From positions 1-39,520 of IMG/VR virus record IMGVR_UViG_3300045988_112015: 39,520 nucleotides of DNA. One strand, 5' to 3'. Source of the stretch: a virus. The stretch's first letter is position 1. Every line of letters starts with the position of its first letter. Positions 23,784-32,828 of this stretch are shown here, in pieces. The position numbers and the translations under genes are program-made. The notes under the pieces were generated by a model. The model was not told the origin of the DNA, searched no databases, and saw only the letters and a list, made by a program, of their open reading frames with translations.

Positions 23784-24452
23784 TTATGTACCCCACTTTA
23801 TATTCTTCGTGCCGAATATATTGCCATTGTATTTAAATGTGTTGCCAAATATTCCCAGTTGCCGCGCTTTTCCCGCATTTAATAAGTCCGTCGGGTAGGT
23901 AAAGGTACCGCCTGCCACCTGCGCCGGTGTATCTGCCCCTTTGTAGCTGTTATGGATTCCCCATAATGACGATGCCGTACTCAAGATCGTTCCCAAGGCC
24001 GCCGCCTTCCCCTGTGCCCTGGCATTTGCCGCCGCCGCATTGTACGTGGATGCCTGGTTGCGATAATTCACTTCGTTAATGTATTCGCTTCGCACGTCAT
24101 TTCGTTGGTTCTGCAGTAGTTGCGTACTGTCATCCTGATAGGCCCCGTATCCCGACATCAGTACATCCAAGGGGCTTCCGGATAATGTCAGTCCGCTGCC
24201 GCCCGCCTGCGCCGCCGCCTGTCCTGCCATAAGCCTCATTCTGTCATCCAGTTTTCTCTGATCGTTTGCGTATTTCTCCGCAATTTGCGATTGCCTTGCT
24301 TCACTTATCTTTGCATTTTGTCGCGCCAATTCCGCCTGCTGGTTATTTACGGCCACCTGCGCCGCCGTCTGTTGTTTTACCTGGTTATATTGCTGTATCC
24401 CCTGCAGCGCCGTCAGTGCCATCATCCACTGTACTCCGCACATGTTTCTCAC
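23784..24452 (-). CDS. Internal virion protein (T7 gp14-like)
   Basis: 222 aa, Q/A-rich, with GGSGLTLSGSPLDVL. Size and position match gp14-like ejectosome components. Confidence 0.55.
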   Translation of the reverse strand: MRNMCGVQWMMALTALQGIQQYNQVKQQTAAQVAVNNQQAELARQNAKISEARQSQIAEKYANDQRKLDDRMRLMAGQAAAQAGGSGLTLSGSPLDVLMSGYGAYQDDSTQLLQNQRNDVRSEYINEVNYRNQASTYNAAAANARAQGKAAALGTILSTASSLWGIHNSYKGADTPAQVAGGTFTYPTDLLNAGKARQLGIFGNTFKYNGNIFGTKNIKWGT

Positions 24453-24924
24453 TTCCTTTTATCGTAAATGCCTGCCATCTCTCATTATTTGCCGTAAACG
24501 GTTCATAAAACACCGCTCCCGCCGCGGCAATCCAACGACGGGATTGGTTGTTTTGGATTGATATAACGTTGTATACCTGCCCATATATAGCGGCATAGTG
24601 TTGTAATACGTTCGTTCCTATCCTGATGATTTCTTTTTTATATCGGTTTACATCCACGGCCGCCAGCATCCATACAGCATGTCCCATATCGCCATGCCGT
24701 ACCCGCGATACGCCAAAGACGCATAAGGGTGTGCCGTCACGCGCTATTACCAACCAGTTATCGCAATCGGGATGATACGCGCATTTTTGCACGGTCATCC
24801 CGACGCCTTCCACTTCCAACCGATCAATAGGACGCAACCTCTCTTCAATGGTTTGTATCGCTTCCCTGTGCTTTACACTTTTTTTATCAAAGGGTTCCAT
24901 TATAACTCTTGACGAGACCGCCAT
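24385..24924 (-). CDS. Internal virion protein A-like (GNAT-like fold family; tentative)
   Basis: 179 aa with FGVSRV..GDMGHAVWML...NNQSRRWIAAAG, a pattern remembered from gp13-position proteins. GAGAGGTGA RBS is present. Confidence 0.45.
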   Translation of the reverse strand: MAVSSRVIMEPFDKKSVKHREAIQTIEERLRPIDRLEVEGVGMTVQKCAYHPDCDNWLVIARDGTPLCVFGVSRVRHGDMGHAVWMLAAVDVNRYKKEIIRIGTNVLQHYAAIYGQVYNVISIQNNQSRRWIAAAGAVFYEPFTANNERWQAFTIKGSEKHVRSTVDDGTDGAAGDTAI

Positions 24925-27703
24925 CGATACTCACCTCTCTGATAATCGCATTCAACGCAAACGGGAACGGTTCTTCGTGCTTGATGTGTATATGGTTTCT
25001 TGTATTGCTGCCGATATCGGCGTTCGGCATGCTCTGCACAATATCTCCCGTTTGCAAGACGCACCATTCGTCATATTGTATTTCATCCATCGCCGTCTGT
25101 GTATAGCCTATATATCCGCCGTATGAGTTTTCCACCCGAAGGCACACAGTGTTTATGCGGCTGATGCGCGCCTGCATAGTGCCTTCCCTAAGCGGCACGT
25201 CCGGCACCGGCTGTTCGATTTGTGTGGTATAGGGAAGCCCCGCAGTGATTTTGTCGTACGTGTCGTCCAGTTCCACGATGCCGCTTTCCGGGACGGTTTT
25301 ATCTTCACTACGTTTCCCGTCTACGACAATCTGGACGGTTTTCCCGATAAGGTGCGGCACGGATATCATATTCCCACTACCGACGGTAAAGCAATCGGCA
25401 TAGGTATCCGTATCGTCTTGTATAGGATTAAACACTTCCAGGTATTTTTTTGTTGTCCCGTTTACGGTGCGCTCCACAATGGCACATAATTTGTCATTGT
25501 TTCCCGACGAGATGGATACGATATGCTTATACTTCCCATCCGTTGTCATATGCGACCACGCATAGACATTCTGCTCTTTAATAAGTGTCAGCGCCAATAA
25601 CACGCCGTCATTTCTTGTAAAATACATGATGCTATCCGGTTCCTGCACATATGCCGATGATAGCAGTTTGTGATTTTTGGTTAAATGCGTTGCCAGGAGC
25701 GTCAGATCGTCTCCATTATAGTTATCCGTATCGTACTGATACCCAAGTTCCCGTACGGTCGCACCGCTTCGCTGTACGTGGATAATGCGATTGCCGATAT
25801 GCTGCGGCAAGCATTGCGAGGATCCTCTCATGGTCTGCGGCCGGGGATTGGCTTTTGTCGGCGTGATGACACTGTCGCCCGGAATAATCCATTCATTGCC
25901 GGTCGTCAGTATAACCAAATCCGTAGACGGTATCAGGTGCAGGATTTCAAAGCCGCTCCGCGCGATTAAATCCAGTTTTACGGCGCTGTCGTCCGTGACG
26001 TTTCCGTCCGCCTTTTCTACCGAAAAGTTCCCATAATCCCCCGTGCGGCTCATCCATACGGAATATGGTTCCCGCTGCGTGGCGGCTACCACCAATCTGT
26101 CCTGGAAAAAGCATGCCAGCCGCGGATATCCCGATATTTCATTCCAGCTGCTAAACGCGTATTCTTCCGTTTTATCCGTCGTGCCGAAATCTTTTATAAC
26201 GGATACTTTGGCTTGTGTCGGGCTGTCCACTGCCGTTATTCTCCCCACACCTTCGTGCGTATACGGCAGGCGCGTTAAATCCACCGTTATTTTACTTTTA
26301 TCTGTATCGTCGTTATTATCCATGTAAACGATGGGCCGGATCCATGTCGGTTCCGTCACGGTCCCCGACTCAGTATAATTCTGATCGTCATTTGCCGTGT
26401 ATTTTCGGTATTCCCGCCACTGCACGCCATCAATGGATTGCTGCAGTGTGACTTCTCCTTTCCATGTGCCGTGCGTGATGAGCTTCCACGTTCCGCCGAC
26501 GCGGATAGCTCCGCCTTCCACCGTCCTCGTTTCTTCCCGCAAGGATACGGATACGGTCTGGCTCGGTACACGCTGTGTCAGTCTGATTTGGCTGCCGATA
26601 AGTTTTGTGCTAAATGTGTCTTTAAGTGTTGTCAACGTGACATTTTCACCGGACGTCGCCGACGGCGCGATCGTGTTATTGTCATCATACGATATGGACA
26701 CCCATCCGTCCCGCCCCCGTTCGCCGTTTATGGCGACTTTATTTTCAATTACGCCACCATTCCCGCCGAGTCCGCCGCCCGAATATCCCTGTCCACCCGG
26801 ACCGGAATTTATAGTCTTTAATTTATTATTATCTATCGTGTATGTGCATTTTCCGCCGCCGCCACCGCCTGATGCCGTATTACCGTCAAACGAGGACCCG
26901 GCCCCCGCCGTGCCGTCTGTTATATTTACGCTTGGGAAGTTGTTGTCATTTTGCCATATAGATTTACCGCCATTGCCGCCGCTTCCCACCGTGACACTAT
27001 ACTGATGTCCCGCGTTTAATTTAACCGATATGGTTTTCAATTCTCCCATTCCACCCCGGCCACCACTTGCCGTCGTAAGGGTATATTTGTAAGCCTTTCT
27101 TCTTTTTATCATTGTTCCCAAGCCACCGCCGCCACCGCCGCCACCGCCGGCGATATGTACGGTATGCCATCCGGTTACTTTTGCCGTGTAGGTGTAACTG
27201 CCCGGAGTAGAAAAGGTATTCGCTAATGTTTGTGATGTTGTCGTCGGATCGAAATATGGATCCGTAATTTCATAGTCTGCAAAGCTCCATCCCGACACGG
27301 TACGGGACAGCCGCTTTATCGGATAGTCACCGCTACAGATAAACATCGTATCTGCCGACTGGGTAAAGTTTAATTTGGATACATCCGTAAACGGCGTTTG
27401 CAGTTCCACGCCCGTATATGCATCATCTTTCCATATCCGTATATATTGATACCCCACTTCCAACAGATAGGCGTCGTCTATACCGGCCGCAAACGCTACC
27501 AGCATGGCATCTTTATCGTCATACTTAAGTTGCCCGATATATTGACTGCCCTGTCGTCTGTAGCATCCACCGTACGGCCTGATAACGGTATTTTCCGCGT
27601 TAAGCAGGGCGGATTTGTATTTATCCAGATCCACCCTGTTTGCTACATACGGTGATATTTCACCGCCTGCAAAGGACGGCTGTATGAGATAAATGCTGCT
27701 CAT
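24887..27703 (-). CDS. Tail tubular protein B / nozzle (gp12-like) carrying an inserted glycine-rich domain
   Basis: The N-terminus SFAGGEISPYVANRVDLDKYKSALLNAENTVIRPYGGCYRRQG matches the gp12/BPP-1-type nozzle N-terminal pattern. It is 938 aa and follows the gp11-like gene. The Gly-rich block spans aa ~160-340. Confidence 0.65.
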   Translation of the reverse strand: MSSIYLIQPSFAGGEISPYVANRVDLDKYKSALLNAENTVIRPYGGCYRRQGSQYIGQLKYDDKDAMLVAFAAGIDDAYLLEVGYQYIRIWKDDAYTGVELQTPFTDVSKLNFTQSADTMFICSGDYPIKRLSRTVSGWSFADYEITDPYFDPTTTSQTLANTFSTPGSYTYTAKVTGWHTVHIAGGGGGGGGGLGTMIKRRKAYKYTLTTASGGRGGMGELKTISVKLNAGHQYSVTVGSGGNGGKSIWQNDNNFPSVNITDGTAGAGSSFDGNTASGGGGGGKCTYTIDNNKLKTINSGPGGQGYSGGGLGGNGGVIENKVAINGERGRDGWVSISYDDNNTIAPSATSGENVTLTTLKDTFSTKLIGSQIRLTQRVPSQTVSVSLREETRTVEGGAIRVGGTWKLITHGTWKGEVTLQQSIDGVQWREYRKYTANDDQNYTESGTVTEPTWIRPIVYMDNNDDTDKSKITVDLTRLPYTHEGVGRITAVDSPTQAKVSVIKDFGTTDKTEEYAFSSWNEISGYPRLACFFQDRLVVAATQREPYSVWMSRTGDYGNFSVEKADGNVTDDSAVKLDLIARSGFEILHLIPSTDLVILTTGNEWIIPGDSVITPTKANPRPQTMRGSSQCLPQHIGNRIIHVQRSGATVRELGYQYDTDNYNGDDLTLLATHLTKNHKLLSSAYVQEPDSIMYFTRNDGVLLALTLIKEQNVYAWSHMTTDGKYKHIVSISSGNNDKLCAIVERTVNGTTKKYLEVFNPIQDDTDTYADCFTVGSGNMISVPHLIGKTVQIVVDGKRSEDKTVPESGIVELDDTYDKITAGLPYTTQIEQPVPDVPLREGTMQARISRINTVCLRVENSYGGYIGYTQTAMDEIQYDEWCVLQTGDIVQSMPNADIGSNTRNHIHIKHEEPFPFALNAIIREVSIDGGLVKSYNGTL

Positions 27704-28290
27704 CGTACTCTCCTTTTCGTTGCGTAATTACTGTGATACACGGCGTCCCTTTGTCCTTCCCGCGCATCCATCAGCCGGGCTTCCCGTACCGCCTGTTGAT
27801 AAAGCTGGTACTGTAGTTGATAGCTTTGTGGATTTCCCAGTAACCGCATACATATGTTAGCCGCCAACAACCGACTAAAGGCTTCAATAAACAAGCTGTC
27901 CATGACAAGCGGATCGGTGATATTTAATGTGTAGTCGGCATATGCTGCCGACACTTCGCAACAGATTGCTTTTGTCGCAACATCTATATTAATAACCGTA
28001 TACGGCTCATGTTGCTGCTCGTTCGGTTCTTGTGTTCGTATTTTATTTATTTTCAAGCATTTATGCGGATACGCATACGTAAAGGTATATCCCGGCGTCT
28101 TTATATCCAAGAGCGCCAATTTTTCTATGCGATGCGCAAATCCCCACGGGTACGCTCTTAATACGGTTTCCCGCGTCGGATGATAGTATAGTTTACATGC
28201 CCTTGCATTTTCCATTGGATCTTCGATGTTTACAATCGTACCCTTGCCAATGTTACTAAGGGCTATATTGCAGATATCCGTATCTGTCAT
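27700..28290 (-). CDS. Tail tubular protein A / adaptor (gp11-like)
   Basis: 196 aa from the ATG at 28290, with AAAGGA upstream. The N-terminus is MTDTDICNIALSNIGKG...AYPWGFA. Size and position match gp11. Confidence 0.6.
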   Translation of the reverse strand: MTDTDICNIALSNIGKGTIVNIEDPMENARACKLYYHPTRETVLRAYPWGFAHRIEKLALLDIKTPGYTFTYAYPHKCLKINKIRTQEPNEQQHEPYTVINIDVATKAICCEVSAAYADYTLNITDPLVMDSLFIEAFSRLLAANICMRLLGNPQSYQLQYQLYQQAVREARLMDAREGQRDAVYHSNYATKRRVR

Positions 28291-28315
28291 GATTAGTTCC
28301 TTTCTATGATAAACA

Positions 28316-28338
28316 GGAGACGCCAAAATGACGTCTCC
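28316..28338 (-). terminator. Hairpin (GGAGACG/CGTCTCC) after the capsid block; possible attenuator
   Basis: 7-bp stem followed on the minus strand by UGUUUAUCAU. It lies between the small HeH-like gene and the adaptor gene. Confidence 0.35.
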
Positions 28339-28346
28339 CCCTTTAT

Positions 28347-28505
28347 CTATAATTTATGCTTCTTTACGAGTTCTATTAACTCTTGTTTACTTGCCGTATC
28401 ACTATACTTGATACCGGCATTTTCCAGCTTGATACGCAATTCGTTTGCGTGCAGCTGGTCAAGTTTTCTTCCCGTCCGGATAGACGGGAACGGGATCCCG
28501 TCCAT
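28347..28505 (-). CDS. Small SAP/HeH-like protein
   Basis: 52 aa from the ATG at 28505 (TAATG overlap). LHANELRIKLENAGIKYSDTASKQELIELV is a helix-extension-helix-like motif. Confidence 0.5.
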   Translation of the reverse strand: MDGIPFPSIRTGRKLDQLHANELRIKLENAGIKYSDTASKQELIELVKKHKL

Positions 28506-28855
28506 TATGCGATATCCGCGTCCAGAACAAGGGCTGCCGTAATGGCACCTGCCGACTGGGCGGCGGCGGCCGACCATTTGAGACGTAAGTATCCCAAATC
28601 CCCATACGGCACTTTTACGGCAAGGGTTTTCCCTTTTACCGCCGTATATGTACCGAGTGTTTTAGCACCTGTCATTTTCTCATTATCCGCCGTTTCCAGC
28701 GTGACAGTAAGATCTGCCGTAACGCCCGGCGTTTTGACTACGAGGGTGAGCGGATTTCCCGCATCACCCTTCCCTGTTTTAATTATTTCGCTTGTGCCGT
28801 TCTGGCCGGTTACTTTTTCCTTCCAAAAGAAGGTATTTTCCGCATCATATACCAT
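28505..28855 (-). CDS. Putative capsid decoration/cement protein
   Basis: 116 aa, beta-rich and T/V/A/G-rich. It lies directly downstream of the major capsid gene, as in BPP-1-like phages. Confidence 0.5.
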   Translation of the reverse strand: MVYDAENTFFWKEKVTGQNGTSEIIKTGKGDAGNPLTLVVKTPGVTADLTVTLETADNEKMTGAKTLGTYTAVKGKTLAVKVPYGDLGYLRLKWSAAAAQSAGAITAALVLDADIA

Positions 28856-28869
28856 GGTATTCTCCTTTC

Positions 28870-29868
28870 TTACGCAATAATTTCTTCGGTTTCCGTCAAT
28901 GCATCGTTTTTGCTGACCCGCAAGCCGGAGATATAGAGTTCCGGCATTTTTTCCATCAGGTCCCTACGCGTGACGTAGACATTGTTTTTATCCGACAGGT
29001 GCAGTTCAATCATCGTGTACACGGACGGGGATACATAGAGTACCGGATTTTTGAGATTTACAATCCGGTTTTTTGCTACAATAATTTTTTCAACGAGAGC
29101 CTTGCGCGCTTCTGACGTGGTATCTTCTGCCGCCGCCTTGCAATCGATGTTGCGAATTGCCGCTACTTTGCGGAGATTCTTCACAGCAAGACCTGCGTCC
29201 CACATAAATAGCGTGGATACTACGCGATACTTGCCGCCGTCTTTGTCCGTTGCATCGGATTCGCCAAGGTCCTGCGTTTCAAGTCCTGCTTGGGATCCCC
29301 TGGGATAAATACCCATGACCGCATCATCGCCCCATTCCACGATATACGCGGATGTCTGTTTCTTTGCGGTTTTGCCGCCGGCATTAATAACCTGGTACCC
29401 TGTTTCCCCGCGATCGCCCGCAAAGGTGTTATACCGGACACCAAGGCCGTTAAACTGATCGGGATTTGCGTCCGTATCCCCATAAAAGAGATATTTCGCG
29501 ATATCTTCCCCGAATCCTTCGATAAATGCCCTATCTTCCGACGCGCGGAACGCCATTTTATCCGGTGCCAGTTTCAGGAGTCTTACGTCAATTTCGCTAC
29601 GCATTTCCATGATGCAGCAGGTATCCACTACTTGTCTTGTCGTTGATTTCTGCGGCTGTACCCCGCGATTAACCCTGCGTAATTCCGGATGCGGGTACGA
29701 CGTGCGGAGCGTCGTCTGATTACCTGTCGGCAAGTTCCCTTCACTCCACTTTACGTCCTGCATGATAGGATTGGACTGCGCCAATACTTCCATCACAAAG
29801 TCAATCTGTCCTTGCGGATTCAACCGTTTCCGCAAGTCTTCAAATGTTACTGCCGTGGTTCCGTACAT
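28870..29868 (-). CDS. Major capsid protein (HK97-fold type)
   Basis: 332 aa, positioned between the scaffold and decoration genes, with a strong RBS. Assigned by position, size and composition. Confidence 0.75.
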   Translation of the reverse strand: MYGTTAVTFEDLRKRLNPQGQIDFVMEVLAQSNPIMQDVKWSEGNLPTGNQTTLRTSYPHPELRRVNRGVQPQKSTTRQVVDTCCIMEMRSEIDVRLLKLAPDKMAFRASEDRAFIEGFGEDIAKYLFYGDTDANPDQFNGLGVRYNTFAGDRGETGYQVINAGGKTAKKQTSAYIVEWGDDAVMGIYPRGSQAGLETQDLGESDATDKDGGKYRVVSTLFMWDAGLAVKNLRKVAAIRNIDCKAAAEDTTSEARKALVEKIIVAKNRIVNLKNPVLYVSPSVYTMIELHLSDKNNVYVTRRDLMEKMPELYISGLRVSKNDALTETEEIIA

Positions 29869-29885
29869 ATTCGTGTCTCCTTTTC

Positions 29886-30554
29886 TTAATACTTGCTAAA
29901 GTCCGTATTGGGGTATAAGTCTTGGCTTCCGGCGGATCCCCCTGCACCGCCCATCTTGCCGGGATCTTCTCCGACAAGTTCAGACAAAAGCGCCATGGCT
30001 TTTACCATGGTAACATGGTTACCAACGCCGGAAATATTTAGCATTTCTTTAAATCCCGGCACTTTCTGCTCGATGTAGTCACGGGTAATGGCAGCTTTAC
30101 CGAGCGTTGCGTCATATTGCCCGCCGAGCTCCTGTTTCATCGTTTCGCCCCATCCCTTAACCTCATCGATATATCGCTGCTGCATCCCCTGTGCGACGGC
30201 GTCGGCCACGGACTGTGCATAACCCAGCCCGTACTTTGCCATCGCGGCGGCTTGGTCTTGGCTTGCTCCCATTCCTTTCAGGATCTCCGTAAATTCCCCG
30301 ATACTGGTATCGTCCGCTTCTATGCCCGCTTCTTTTAATACGTCCGTAAAGTCGTACGATTCCGGTATGTTAGAATTTTGCGGAGACGGATCGCCGCCCA
30401 GGGCGGTTTGCTGTGCCGGCATGGCCTGTGCCTGCTGCGTACCGGTAGGATCTCCCCCTGTGTTCGGTTCTGTTGCCTGCTGTGTACCGGCAGGATCTCC
30501 GTCCGCAAAGCGTTGTAAATCAAAAATCAGGTCTTTCACAATCAATGCTTCCAT
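29886..30554 (-). CDS. Scaffolding protein
   Basis: 222 aa with an N-terminal DLQRFA motif and a Q/A/G-rich region carrying a GDP(A/T)GTQQA tandem repeat. It lies between the portal and capsid genes. Confidence 0.6.
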   Translation of the reverse strand: MEALIVKDLIFDLQRFADGDPAGTQQATEPNTGGDPTGTQQAQAMPAQQTALGGDPSPQNSNIPESYDFTDVLKEAGIEADDTSIGEFTEILKGMGASQDQAAAMAKYGLGYAQSVADAVAQGMQQRYIDEVKGWGETMKQELGGQYDATLGKAAITRDYIEQKVPGFKEMLNISGVGNHVTMVKAMALLSELVGEDPGKMGGAGGSAGSQDLYPNTDFSKY

Positions 30555-30862
30555 GATTCTTTCATCCTTTCCAATTCAATCTTGTAGTTAGCGTACTCTT
30601 TTTCCATGGTATGGAGCGCATCCATCCCTTCCAGTCCCAGCGACCGGATATACCGGAGATACTCCAGTCCGACGCGGCGACGGCCTTCGTCCAATTTCAT
30701 ACGGTCATTCCCAAGCGGGCTGTAAATCAATGTCGCGTCAAAGAGCCGCGCAATAAAAAATCGTCCCAGCGGATCTTGCAGTACGTACCGCAAGGCGGCT
30801 TTGTCTTTTTCCGATATAGCATCTTTCAGCAGCTGTGCCGCTTTTTTTTCTTTTTCATGCAT
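30542..30862 (-). CDS. Bbp19-like small protein
   Basis: The DPLGRFFIARLFD...EGRRRVGLEYLRYI pattern matches what I remember of the Bbp19 family, found next to the portal in BPP-1-like phages. Confidence 0.5.
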   Translation of the reverse strand: MHEKEKKAAQLLKDAISEKDKAALRYVLQDPLGRFFIARLFDATLIYSPLGNDRMKLDEGRRRVGLEYLRYIRSLGLEGMDALHTMEKEYANYKIELERMKESWKH

Positions 30863-30865
30863 ACA

Positions 30866-32605
30866 TTACCCCATTCCCAGCACTTCCCGCATGGCAGGAT
30901 TGCCGTCGTTTGCCGCCTGTGTCGCATTCTTAGCCGCCGCCGCCAAATCCGGTGCCTGCGCGATTGCCTGTGCCTGTGCCGCTTGTTCCTGCGCCGCTTC
31001 CATGGCTTCCTGTCGCTGCTTCTGGATTTCCGCCACTTCTTCATCGCTGCGGATCATCGCCGCCGGTACCCCTACTTGCGTCAAGTAGTGGGCCGCCGCT
31101 TCCTGCATATTGACTTTATCCAGGACGGTTTGATCAAATTGCGCCGCCTGTCCGATAAATGCAACGCCCTGCTCGATGGCGGTTAGGCCGCTCATTTTTT
31201 GTGCCTGCGCCAGCGGTGATATATATTCAATTTTCAGTTTTTCTTTCGTTGCGACGTCCGCCAGTTCCGGCGGCATATCCGGAAAGACCCCGCCCCGTTT
31301 CAAGATGTTATACACCCGCATCAGGATGAGATTTAAAAACTCACTTTGCAGCCGTTCTACCACCGGCCCTAATTGCTGTAATTTTTCCTGATTGCGCGTA
31401 ATGACTTCCTGTGCCGTCATTTGTCCGCGGTTTAACTGGTCAAGCATTAAAAAGAGATCGGATGAGTACGCCCGCTTGATACGATCTTCCACGCGCACGA
31501 TTTTACTTTCCAGTTCTCCAATTGCCAGCTGTCCCTGAATGATGGGACGGATCATCTCGTTTGGACCCTCGACGGCTGTCGTACCGCCCGGGAACAGTTC
31601 TATATTGCTCACCAGTCCTGGCGGTACCTGCAGCGGCGGTTTTACTCCCATTTCTATCGCCGTTACACTGTCAAGCTCCATGGCTTGTACCATTTTTGCG
31701 TCCGGCAGGGCTTTCCACCCGGGGCCCGTCGCATAGGCCGCCATGCCTTTTACCGTATACCTGGCTACCGGCACCGGCCACTCTTCAAAGCCCGTGACGG
31801 CAAGGCATGTGTCGCTGCCGTCACCTTCTACCCAGTAGACGGACCGGTACGGCATTGTCTTGTTTCCGATTTTTGTCGGATTTTCCGCGTCATTTGGCTC
31901 GACTATCCAGCATACGGTATGCCAGTCCTGATACCCGCCTGCTGTCTCATATGACCGCACGATGTTTTTCGGGCAGTTTTCCGCTCCGAATTGACCCACA
32001 ATCTGTGCCGCAGTCATCTTGACTTTACGCGCAAATGTCGTTACTTTACCGGCCGCATCACACGCCAGCGCATACGTGCCGATCGTATACGGCACAAAGG
32101 TAATTGTCCCCTGCGACGAGAAAATCCCAAGCGGAGCCTGTCCAAACGGCAGTTCCGCATAGCACTGATGGATTGCGTTATAGAAGTTCGAGCCGGCCAG
32201 CACGGACTCCATGATATCGCATCTTGTATCAAGGAACCGCTTTATGCCCGTATCGTCCGCCAGTTCGGGATTACTTACGCCCAACCGAAACCATCTGCGA
32301 GATGGCGGCGTCAGTCCGGACTGCACTCCTGCCGAGAAAATTTCCCGCGCTTCTTGCGCAATGCTTGTAAAGATTTCTTCGTCGTGGATGATCGGCCGTC
32401 CCGGCGTGTCGTCATCAAATATGCCGTCATACGGAAGCTGATAGTCTCTTATGAGCTTCCATATCTGTTCCCATTGCCGGCGGCTCTGGATGAGCGATTC
32501 AAAGCGCTGTACAAGCCGGCGTTTATCCGCAAAGATTGTCTGCTTATTCTTTGCCGCTGCCGCCGTGGGACTTCTAGCCAACGCCGTATCTATTGCTGTT
32601 CTCAT
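30866..32605 (-). CDS. Portal (head-to-tail connector, T7 gp8-like)
   Basis: 579 aa, immediately downstream of TerL. Acidic/Q-rich C-terminus. Confidence 0.8.
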   Translation of the reverse strand: MRTAIDTALARSPTAAAAKNKQTIFADKRRLVQRFESLIQSRRQWEQIWKLIRDYQLPYDGIFDDDTPGRPIIHDEEIFTSIAQEAREIFSAGVQSGLTPPSRRWFRLGVSNPELADDTGIKRFLDTRCDIMESVLAGSNFYNAIHQCYAELPFGQAPLGIFSSQGTITFVPYTIGTYALACDAAGKVTTFARKVKMTAAQIVGQFGAENCPKNIVRSYETAGGYQDWHTVCWIVEPNDAENPTKIGNKTMPYRSVYWVEGDGSDTCLAVTGFEEWPVPVARYTVKGMAAYATGPGWKALPDAKMVQAMELDSVTAIEMGVKPPLQVPPGLVSNIELFPGGTTAVEGPNEMIRPIIQGQLAIGELESKIVRVEDRIKRAYSSDLFLMLDQLNRGQMTAQEVITRNQEKLQQLGPVVERLQSEFLNLILMRVYNILKRGGVFPDMPPELADVATKEKLKIEYISPLAQAQKMSGLTAIEQGVAFIGQAAQFDQTVLDKVNMQEAAAHYLTQVGVPAAMIRSDEEVAEIQKQRQEAMEAAQEQAAQAQAIAQAPDLAAAAKNATQAANDGNPAMREVLGMG

Positions 32606-32614
32606 TATTTCCCC

Positions 32615-32824
32615 CTATCCTAACGTCTTTTTGCTGTCCGATGCGCCCAATGCCGTATCGACAGCCGTGCGCGTACTTGCAAATCCGCGTTTACGTTTGT
32701 TTTTTGTTACGGCATCCACCGTTCCGGTATCCCCGGTATCTACTGCCGTTGCCGCTGGTGCAGTTGTTTCTATTGTCGGTGTCTGTACTTTCTGTCGTCC
32801 GAATAATCCGTTTAATCCGCACAT
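32615..32824 (-). CDS. Small hypothetical protein between TerL and portal
   Basis: 69 aa from the ATG at 32824, with AAGGAG upstream. The sequence runs MCGLNGLFGRQKV...KRKRGFASTRTAVDTALGAS... Confidence 0.5.
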   Translation of the reverse strand: MCGLNGLFGRQKVQTPTIETTAPAATAVDTGDTGTVDAVTKNKRKRGFASTRTAVDTALGASDSKKTLG

Positions 32825-32828
32825 AGTA

